Assembly: GCF_006345805.1 (NCBI RefSeq)
Contig: NC_043024.1
Location: 5,642,001 to 5,706,000, forward strand
Direction of reading: 5' to 3'
DNA from: Octopus sinensis
Taxonomy: Eukaryota
DNA: 64,000 nucleotides
Position numbers and translations under genes: made by a program. The notes below the pieces were generated by a model. The model was not told the DNA's origin. It did not search any database and saw only the letters and a program-made list of their open reading frames with translations. Shown here in pieces: positions 53,563 through 64,000 of this stretch (within the stretch, counting starts at the first letter, position 1; each line of letters starts with the position of its first letter).

Positions 53563-55370
53563 CTGAAAAGAAGGAAAAAAAAAAAATTAATAATTCATAA
53601 CCTAACAACAATTTTAGACGAAATTCTGATTTAAGAACCCACACAAGTCCTCATAGCTTTTTTATGCTTTTGAAAATTATGCAAATTTGTGTCCTACAAA
53701 TGTGACTTCATGAGATCATGTGCAAAAAAATTGTGTGATCTAAGGGGGATTTCACTTATTTAGCGCACACCCCACGACCACCTGATACCTTCCTCATTTC
53801 TTCGACACATACACGTATTTGTTTCTCAATATTTTTCTCACCATAAACATATTTTATGAACTGATGATGCACCCATTGCTAGGGTTTAAGTATAGAATCT
53901 GGACGGTCCGTAAGTTCAACTGATTTTGAAAAATTCCAGAAAAAGGAACTTTTAGGATTTACTGGAGAAGGGAGAAAGGGGTTTTAAAATGTTTATTTCT
54001 TGCATAATCGCCTGAATTCCCGTATGCAAAACAGGAAAGTCATACGGTGCTACATGGGGAGCTTAAACCAGAATTCCGTCAATGTTTTATAGGGAGATAT
54101 GTTGCAGATAACGCAGTGATGATCACAGTATCTTAAAGCTTCCAGAGCTACCTTCCCCTGAACAAACTTGAAAAAGCTAATTTCTACATACTCTCTTAAA
54201 TTAACAGTGATCATGACAAGATACAAACAAGACCCAAATATTTTTATAATTTTGTACCCCAAAATCTATGAAATGAGATCAACAGAAATTCCATATTGTA
54301 TTACTCATTTCTACCTAGATGTCTAAATGCACACAAATCTGTTTCACTAGTCTTAAGATTTTGTCTGATTTCATTCGTTTTACAGTTGTTGAAAACCCAA
54401 CACTTCATCATAATCATAATCTAATTTGTTTGCCATGCTGCCAAGGACTGGACTGAACTGGTTTTGTTTTAAGACCAGGAAGCAATTTCTTTCAATAGTT
54501 AAGGCCGTTCAAAGCATAACATTCAAACATTGCTACAACCAAAATATTACAGACAGCTAATTTTTCAACTTCTTTGCATCAACAGTTAAATTTTATCGAC
54601 ATAAAAAGGGTTTAGAAAATCACTTGTAGTACCATATAAAGTGGTTACACGATATTTGATGTCATACAAGATGCACCCACCAAAAAAGGAAATTTGCAAT
54701 GTATCCACGCATATAACATAAACCCCAACTTCACACATAGGACAAAATAGGGGTTCGTTTTTTCTTCAAGACATTTTTCAGTTAAAAGCATGTCACACGC
54801 CATCAAATATGGTAAAAGTACCTAAGAACACCGTTGCATTCGAAAAGCACAATCAAAATATTCCACCAGGGACACAACCAGAACAAGAGGGAGAATCAAA
54901 ACAGCACAACACTCCCGTCTCTAAGTGTAAGGAGGTGGCTGATATGCCTTTAACAAAACTTGTATCACCGTCTTTCTAACAAAAAGCACCAGGTGTGTAA
55001 TAGCATTCATGCATGTAATACAACAGTGAACAAACAATGTAGCACTTTGCAGGAAGAATGGACATAAGCTGGAAGAGGCCATAACCTAGTTTGCATGTCA
55101 CGAGGTGAAAAAAAATGGCCTTCTGCAACAGTAGCTGAATCAGCTGTGAGTAACAACTGACACCTTGAAAACTTGTTTTTATTTAAACATAATGATTGGA
55201 AATATGTAACTCGGTGTGCTGGAATTAAAAACCGTTCAGTAATAATGCTTTGAAGTCTACATTTATGGAGTTCTGGCTGTGTAGTAAGACATGTGCACAC
55301 ACACCTTCGTACAGAGGACAAGAAAGCAAGACAATGAAAGACTGACAAATACAAGAAAGGAATGACATAC

Positions 55371-55500
55371 CTTGTGGCAAATACATGCCCCAATGTATCT
55401 CTAACATGTACAATGTCAAAGGACCCTGGATGTCTATCCCTGTGAGTTATTACACCAACACGCCCAATGTTGTGGCCGCCAGTGATCATACATAGGTTAC
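55371..55500 (-). CDS. RPS4: 40S ribosomal protein S4 exon (130 nt)
   Basis: [44 protein letters not shown]; CAG acceptor, GTATGT donor. Confidence 0.95.
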
Positions 55501-56808
55501 CTGAAATGACAAGAGTTTTTTTTACATTATATTTAGACTAGAAACACAAAAACCAATATTACTGTTTCACATTCTTACAGGATCCCTCATTTTATTCAAA
55601 TCCAGATATGGTAATTTAAAAAATCGAACCGTTAGGTGGAATTAAGCACCTGAATATGTTCTGTCTCCAGAGAGAATATCAACAATACAAAAAGTCTTCT
55701 AAAATGAAGCTATCATCTCATCAACTTAACTAGCATATAGAATCCTATAGCACCAACAGAATTTTGCTTCCAATGCTGTAATACCATGAAATCCTGTATT
55801 CCACCTTTCTTCATTGTTTTCCTCCTCCATTACCCACTATATAACGATTTAATATTTAGTTTATGAGACACAGAAAAGCTGTGTGGTTAAGAAGTTTGCT
55901 CTGAATCAGGTAGTTTCAAGTTCAGTTCCATTGCATGGAACACTGGACAACTGTTGTCTTCTACAACTTTGCGAATGGATTTTGTACACAGAAGCTAAAA
56001 ACACATTGCATGTAGGTTTCCTTGCCTTCGTATCACTTGACTGTACTAAAGGAACTTCACTGACCAAAAGACGACAGATATATGACAGTCCTCTAACACA
56101 TTCACTTGATGGAAGAATTTCATTGATGTACACCAGTTTGAATAAAATAAACTTAGTGCTGAAAGAGCTATAGGGTTAATGAAATGGACTCTTCCAGACA
56201 ATAAAACAACATAAGCTGAATTTATTAAAGCTACTAATAAAGAAAGAGAAGCACCAATTCCATAGAGTGGCATAATGGCCAACAAGTTATCAGCCAAAAT
56301 ACAGATGTACTGGTGCCTACCTTGCATGTGCTGTCATGAAAATTCAGAGCAAATTCTACACACTGGCAATCCAAAATGGAAATTTTAGATAGGAAGGAAG
56401 CAACTGGGGAAATGTATTACATGTTACCTGCCTGTTGCCCCTCTATGCACACACCCACAAATGTAAGACCTTCACAAAAAACCCCACCACCAGTGCACCC
56501 TGGGGTCCAGTCCTATTTGCATGCGACCGTGGGCAAGTGTTTTCTAGAATGACCAATGTCTTTAGTGGACTTGGTAAATGGAAACTGAAAGAAGCTCATA
56601 ATATACAAATGCATATATATAATTTCCAGTTTCCGATATTTCACCATGCCTAGTAATCTTGCTTGCATGGATATGCAGAAGTAAAACTCTACACACACTA
56701 CTAGCAATCACCTGTCGGTCCAACCACTGCAAAGACCGAGCCTGTGAGTGACAAGTTGTAAACTTATCAGACAAGATAATGATTATAGAAAATAATACAG
56801 TAACTTAC

Positions 56809-56980
56809 CCGAGTCAAATTTGATAAACTCTTTGATCTTGCTAGTAGCAATATCTAACAAAACACTGTCACTGACTTTGATGAGGGGATCAGGGTAGCGG
56901 ATTGTACGACCGTCATGTGTTACTAGGAATGGAATTCCCTTTATACCAGTTTGAACTTTCTTTACACGGCACAATTTATA
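56809..56980 (-). CDS. RPS4: 40S ribosomal protein S4 exon (172 nt)
   Basis: [57 protein letters not shown]; TAG acceptor, GTAAGT donor. Confidence 0.95.
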
Positions 56981-58256
56981 CTAAAAGACAAAGAGAAAAA
57001 CAATAGAAAAAGATTAAGTTCAACTGCACAACACACAGTAATTGGTAATATCACGTTTATGCATAAACAACAGATAAAAATATCCTTTCATTGATAAGAG
57101 AACCATCTGAACGTGGCTGTTGCCAGCACCGCCCCGACAGGCCTCCATGTCGGTGGCACATAAAAAGCACCATCCGATCGTGGTCGTTTGCCAGCCTCGT
57201 CTGGCATTTGTTCAGGTGGCACGTAAAAAGCACCCACACTACACTCACGGAGTGGTTGGCGTTAGGAAGGGCATCCATTTGTAGAAAGACTGCCAGATCA
57301 GACTGGAGCCTGGTGCAGCCTTCTGGCTTCCCAGACCCCTGTTGAACAGTCTAACCCATGCTAGCATGGAAAACGGACGTTGAAGTGATGTAAAAAAAAT
57401 TATCAGAAAACATGGACAGAAAAGTTGCAAAATTCTTGCTTTTCAGATAAACCAGACATATCTGGCCCAAATACTGTACTCGTTTTATTTTCAAATTTGC
57501 AAGACTTGGCCTTTTACACATATCCCGCAATGTCTTCAATTAATCATGCATTATCAGACAGCTTTGAGATTTCAATGTAATTATTTTTAGAATGTTAATT
57601 TAGAGTAGGTGAGAAAGACCAAAGCTGGCCAGTGTGACGAGAAAACAGGTAGAATATTTGAGTCTGGTATGGTTATGTGGTAAGAAGCTTTCTTCCCAAC
57701 CATAAGCTCTTGGATTCAGTACCACTGTACGAAACCATGGGCAAGTGTCTTCTACAGCCTTAAGCCAGTCTTTAGCAGATTTGGTGGATGGAAACCAAGA
57801 GAAGCCCACTGCGTCCATACACACATGGAGATTATGACTGTGCCACCGTGTCTCAGCACCACACCAAGTTGTAAAAGGGTACCACAAACAGATAGGAGGC
57901 ACCCTCCACTTCTAATCTTTCAAGAAACAAGGGGAAACATAACCTTGGTGAGAAACGGTCAACATTTGTCAACAGAAAGTCACCTCACCAGCAAATCCTG
58001 TCCAACTCATTGCAAGCACAGAAAAATGGACAGAAGTTAAGAACATTTGAGTGATGGATCTTTCTTTTATAAATTGACTTCAAATATTACTATCAGCCAA
58101 AATGCTTGTTTAAATAGGAGTTTACTCTATTAGGGAAGTACAGCACATGTACAGAAAGAACCTACATGTGTCTAGTATAACCAAAACATTTCACATAATA
58201 GCTTTGAAAAAGAAAGAAAAAAATGTCTTTAGAAAGAAGACAACCATTTCACATAC

Positions 58257-58354
58257 CTTTGCTTCATCAGCTTTAATACGGTGAACAATAAACCTTCCTT
58301 TTGCATCATAAATCAAACGGAAATATTCATCGGTCTTTTCAATGGTGATGACAT
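58257..58354 (-). CDS. RPS4: 40S ribosomal protein S4 exon (98 nt)
   Basis: [33 protein letters not shown]; CAG acceptor, GTATGT donor. Confidence 0.95.
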
Positions 58355-60079
58355 CTGAAAAGAAACGCAGAAATTATTCATCTATATAAGCCTTTATCCT
58401 TTTGTATTTCATCAATCCCACATATAGATATAAATGACTGGTCTCTTTCATTTACCATCTACCAAATTCACTCCCAAGGCTTAAGTCAGCTCGAAACTAT
58501 AGAACGCAAAAGTAAACCTGAGCAGAATTTGAACACAAAACTCACAGCCTGAAGAAATGCCACCATGCACTGTCCAGAATGCTAACAATTCCACCATCCC
58601 AATATGAATAAAAACAAGTCATTAAGAAACAAAAGAACATATGGACAAACCACAAAAACACTAAACCCCTTCATCTGCCAGTGACCAAATATCATCACCA
58701 TTTTGACACCTAATGATGTTCAATTCAGCACTGTCAGCAACATAAGCTACTGAGGTGTGAATAATAGACGAACATGAACAGACAAAATAAGAGAGTAACA
58801 AGAAATGGTCTCCATACCCAATGGTAAAAAAGAGATGATTTGAGAACATATATAAAACAAATAAGGTGCACCAGCATGGCCTCAGCCTCTGGCTGAAACC
58901 TATAAAAGATAAGGAGGGTAACCAAAAAAAAAAAAAGTCAATAACCATCGACATATGTACACAAAAGCACAAACCCATCAGAGTTGGTAAAAATGTCCAG
59001 AGGCATGTCCTGATACTTGGTGATACTATAAGACCATAAAAGGTACAAATAGTGACCGTGTAAAAGATTTTGATATTGGCATTATTATGACCAACTGGTC
59101 AGTAATTCAACTGTTGGCTTCGATGAATGCCAGAGACAAACCATCAACACCTCAACAACTTCGGGCCTACACAGAAAAAGCAGTTCTCAATGTGCAATAA
59201 ATCGGTCATACAGTAATCCCTAGCCACATTGCGGATTTTTCCGGCCAATATTTGTAAATTTATACTGCAGATTCCTCAGTATATCACGGTAAATTTTTAA
59301 AGATTTTAATCAACCCTTTAGTATTCACATTGTTTTGAATTAATCATGCATTTTCAGGTAGCTACAGGTAGCTTTGGCCTATTTAAATGCTAAAGGATGA
59401 AATAGTGAATAGGAATCAAAGGGGTCCATCGATATAAAATGGCTGAGAACCAGAGGTAGAAGGTATCCTAATATCAGACAGGGTGGAAATTTAATAACAT
59501 GTAACCCTTTAGCATTTCATCTGGTCGTATCAGGCCAAAATATTCTACCTGTTCTAAAACATCATCCACACAGAAATTGAACATGGCTCCCTTGCCAAAA
59601 GAAAAATTACGACCAAAGTGAAATTGAACAACCTAATTACAGAAATAGGTAAGTAAGTACAAAACCGAGTTGCCATTGTGATAGTTATTACTAAGGCAAT
59701 TTTTTGTGGAAGACCCAAAGTTCATAAAAACGTGTTTCAAAAATATAAAAAACTATTAATCACTTTTGAAGTTAAAATTAAAATTCAGTGATAAGGTTAA
59801 GATAAATTTCTGACAATGATGGCACGAAGGTGTCAATGAATGGTTGAATGACCAAATCCAAGCTTCTCAAGTTACAATGGGATTTTGTTCCACCAGGGTT
59901 TGCAAGATGTCACCGTTGAGCTCCACAGCCCTTTCAGGAAGCGCTTAGTTGTGGCCTGGACGATGAACGAAACTGTTTGGATTTTTCTTTACGTCACAAA
60001 GGGTTGCAGTTTAAACAGCATTAATGATTCATCACTTATATGCTGAGACATTATTCTGGTTTTTATAAACATGAAGATT

Positions 60080-60960
60080 TGGCTGGTTTGACATCACTCA
60101 CAAGAATATATCTGAAATGTTATTCTGGTTAATATAACAAATAATAACCAGAAATTTACTCTCATATGTTTCCTTTGTGTTAGCTGCATGAGCCAGAGGA
60201 AGAGAAAGAAACTGATTTCCATTGTGGAGTAATACTGCTTTCAAAGAGTCAATAAACAAACACCACCCATCCATGCTATATTTGTAGTTAAGTTTCCCCC
60301 ACAACAGAATATACACCAAAGAACACCATACCATCCTCAAATGAGAAAAAAATCACAATGAAAACTAACTTAAGTCTTCTTTTGGACAAGATTCCAGCCC
60401 TTTAACTTGGAACCAAGAAGTTCAGATTGCTTTTCCAAGTTTAAATCCCCAACAAGATCATTTAGATCACTCAGATTCAGCAAATGCGGTCCACCTGACA
60501 AACGGTTAGGCACAAAATCCGTGTCTTCTCTTTCTTTCTCCACATCTTCACTTGACTCGTCGTCACTAGGTGTCATTTGTTTTGGAGGGGCAAGTACAGT
60601 TAAGTTTTGATTGAAGTCCTGGTCTCACAGCAGAATGTATATCAGGATATTTTACAGTATGCTTGGATGTCGAGGTCATCCCTTGTGCATTCACCATACA
60701 GAAGCAGCAATCTGAAGTGTGATCTTTAGGCTCTCTTCAAATCATAGGGATGGCAAAAGGTATAAACCTTTGGCCCATAGAGCGAGAACCCTGACACAGG
60801 TTACACAACACATGAGGGGTCCAGCTTTTACCCTGGACACCCACTTTGCAGTCAAAATAATGCACATATCACTTTTTAATCACTAGCGTGAAATGCCATT
60901 TTGTGACTTGAATGCTAAGTCATTGCAAATATAGCAAAAGTTGTTTACAATGTTTATACA
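60080..60960 (-). pseudogene. Chapaev3-like (CMC superfamily) transposase remnant inside an RPS4 intron
   Basis: NFCYIC, YFDCKVGVQGKSWTPHVCCVTC, PMI*REPKDHTSDCCFC, DLNDLVGDLNLEKQSELLGSKLKGWNL and WCLFIDSLKAVLLHNGN, recognised from recalled family motifs; multiple frameshifts; ends not defined. Confidence 0.65.
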
Positions 60961-63958
60961 GTTTATTGGTATTATGAGGGTGAATGGAATATGTGAACTT
61001 AGTACACAACCGAAAACCTACATTTCAAGCATAGTACTGACAAAGCATCGGTGACTCATCAACTCAATATTGCCAAGCTTCAGTGATTCATTGACTCAGA
61101 TAGCTGGAGTTATGATTTCACAAAGTTAATTCTATTCTTAGACATTTAAATTAGGAGTATTTCTTAAACCATTAGCTTTACATTTCAACAGCTTAACAGG
61201 AATTGAGAGGGATAATGTGGATGATATAAATAATTTGACACCCTTTGATTCCCCTCAAAAGTGAAGAGCTGTTGCTTATTCCTCTCTTCTGTGGCCAGAG
61301 ACTGGCGAAAATCATCATTCAACAGGTACTGCCATTCTTTGGTTAATTGCTGCAGTGACGATAGACACCGAGGAAAACTCGAAAATCCTCAAAGCATCAG
61401 ACCAAAAGGAAGAACTGGTCCGAGATGACCATAGAACTCCCCATACAAATGACAAAAAAGAATGTGGATCTCATCTTGGACCATGTTGTTCTTCCTAGAA
61501 GCAGCATTATTGCAGTCAGGGTGGATGGAAGGAAAGCAAGTGTAGCACTTTGTCCTAGACAGGACAAAAAAAAGAGAGATGGGCACTCCCACTCCCTACA
61601 GCCACCAGAACTCCAGTGACAACAGCAGTAGCACCATCACCCAAAGATATTCCACTTACCAATGCAGGTGGAGAGTCGGACCACAATGAGGAGTTGAGAA
61701 GTTGGCGGGGAAAAGCCTCAGCAAACATAGTACATTGGCTGGCATTCAGCCATAGATATCAGGTCACTGAAGTTCAACTCTGCAGATCCCATGCCAGATG
61801 ATCATCATCACAATGGAAATTTCAATTCACAGAGACACACACACACACACAGGTGTGGCTGTTTAGCTAAACTTCATTCACAACAATGCTTTTGGGTAAG
61901 CTGTGCTGAACCCAAGGATACAGCATTGCACTATACAGTAGGACTGACTCCAAAGCCACATAACTTGGAAGAACTTAACCAGAATGCATCTGTATAGAAA
62001 TTCAAACAGAACTGTGCACATACGGGTTGAAATGTTCCTCGCTCTGGGTAAGAAAACACAGGAGGATCAGTTAATTTATGCAATTAACTTCCCCTTTCAG
62101 ATTCACACACTTATTGTAGCAGTCCTTCAATTTTTCTAAGCCCTGTCAAAGCTGGGAGGTTGGGCCTTGAACTAGGCCTTTTGCAACACCCTTAAAGACA
62201 GGAACTATACAGCAGTCCACGTGCATCATCATCTTTAAGCGTCCACTTTCCATGCTGGCATGGATTGGACGGTTTGACAGAGGACTGGCAAACCAGAAGG
62301 CTGCACCAGGCTCCAATCTGTTCTGGCAAGGTTCCTACAACTGGATGTCCTTCACAACACCAACCACTCTGAGAGTATAGTGAGCGCCTTTTATGCACCA
62401 CCAGCACCAGTCAGGGGGGACCGGCAACAACCACACTTGAATGGTGCTTTTTATGTGCCACCAGCACAGGAGCCAGCCAGGCAGCATTGGCACCGGCAAA
62501 AACGATTCCACTTTGAAGAGAGTTAGATTTATGTAATAAATTTTGTTTCAATGTATATTTGTTAAAAGGACCTTTCATATAAATCCAGCAATCAAACCGC
62601 ACAATTTTTGTCTAATTAAAAACAACATATTCTTCTATATGATCCACTGAAAATAATAAACACACTCAAGATTTCAAATCACAACCAGTATTTCTTAATA
62701 GCACAGTAACTCAAGTCTTGGATACCTACCACTGGAAATCCAAGTTGAAAGGGAGGAGACTGAATCAACTTCATCTCATCTCACACCCTACCATCTTGAC
62801 AAAAGAATATTCAATGGTAACGCCTTACTAAATAAACAGAGCTGTTCCCTGACTCTAGGTCTTCCACCTCCCCGGCTAAGAATAACTTCATTTTACACCC
62901 TTCTATCTTGACCCTTTCCAAACGAAACAGCTTATACTGGCCTTGATCATAGGATGCAAACTTTATATTTGAAACTGTATGCAAATAGATCTTCCTAACA
63001 CCAAATGCTATCTTATTAAGTTCTTTGTTGTTTTCAGAGTTCATTTAAACAGAAATTTGTTAAAGAAAGGGTTGTAAAAGAATATCCAATGAAGTAGTCC
63101 TAGATCCTAAGTATTTTCCCTCTTCAATTCAGAATATACCCCAGTGTCACTGAGACAGATTGTCAACAAAGTAATTCTAGGAAAACTATGCGTCTGACTC
63201 AAGACACACAAGACTGCTAATGGCTTGAACATAAAAGACAGAAAATTTTGGTCAAATACATTTCTGGAATTCTGTCAGTGATAACTTACACTTTCTTTAT
63301 ACAGCCTGATGGTCTAGTAGCCAACTCCTTGCCCACCAAAGGGCCCTGACGGGTTTCTGCAATTGACTGTCCGTTAACCGATAAGCATATAAGAAGCAAC
63401 TTTTTGACCTCACTAGTGGTATTGGTTAAAAAAAAAAAGTACACAGGCTGGCATTCAGCCACAGAAATCATCATGATGCAAATTTCAATTTACTGAGACA
63501 TCCATATAGGTGTGGCTGTTTAGTTAAACTTCATTCACAATCATGTTTTGGGATAAGCTTTGCTCAACCCAGGGCTATAGCACTGTACTATACAGTAGGA
63601 CAGAACCCAAAACCATATAGCCTGGAAGAACTTAACCAGAAAGCATGTGTATAGAAATTCAAACAGAACCATGCACACATGGGCTGAAATGTTCCTGTCT
63701 TTGGACAAGAAAACACAGGAGGATCAGTTAAGATTTTACTCAATTTATGTCCTCTCACAGATTCACACAACCAATGCAGCAGTCTTTCGATTTTTGTAGA
63801 AGCTGGAAGTTTGGGCCTCCAACTTCCATGATATCCTTAAAGCCAGTAAGTTTCCAGTACCCCACTTTAATGAAACAAGATTGTTCTTCAATTGTAGGTC
63901 TTTCCCCCCCTGTCCCTTCCTCAGTGAAAAATAACAAAACAAGGGTGTCAGGACTCAC

Positions 63959-64000
63959 CCATGAAACCAGCTGGGTACGTGGGATCTGTTCTGACTTGTC
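63959..64000 (-). CDS. RPS4: 40S ribosomal protein S4 exon, partial (gene continues beyond the window)
   Basis: QVRTDPTYPAGFM then phase-1 GTGAGT donor; joins the next exon to make GAT (Asp). Confidence 0.93.

Noticed and set aside
61746-61811. C/D-box snoRNA on minus strand (GTGATGA...CTGA, 66 nt)
   Set aside because: Terminal stem only ~3 bp, no rRNA complement that I could recognise, and the paralogous segment at ~63450 has lost the interior.

Overview
AT-rich, repeat-dense eukaryotic genomic DNA, most likely from an octopod cephalopod (inferred from the CDICGKSFS-type C2H2 arrays, abundant tRNA-derived SINEs and long (TA)n tracts). (1) About 4-41 kb is a tandem cluster of four C2H2 zinc-finger cassettes on + (ATGs at 4366, 11953, 19927, 30149): three open ORFs and one pseudogene. 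A conserved promoter/first-exon-like block follows each cassette. (2) 53.4-64 kb holds five exons (one cut by the window edge) of ribosomal protein gene RPS4 on -, all with canonical GT-AG introns. (3) The rest is layered transposons: a Gypsy LTR element with a hAT element nested in one LTR, a mariner, a large Helitron plus small non-autonomous Helitrons, Penelope-like, R4/Dong-like and RTE-like remnants, a Chapaev3-like transposase, TTAA-flanked MITEs and three SINE families. I found no rRNA, tRNA gene or CRISPR array, and nothing that by itself proves a wholly new biological system. The best leads are a minimal hammerhead-ribozyme motif (50440-50525), a 1.9-kb foldback element nested in a 9-bp-TSD MITE family that carries TTAGGG repeats, and the modular ZNF cassette (conserved CpG motif plus splice donor, shared nonsense truncation, mosaic fingers). 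All coordinates were read by eye; no database search or folding was run.
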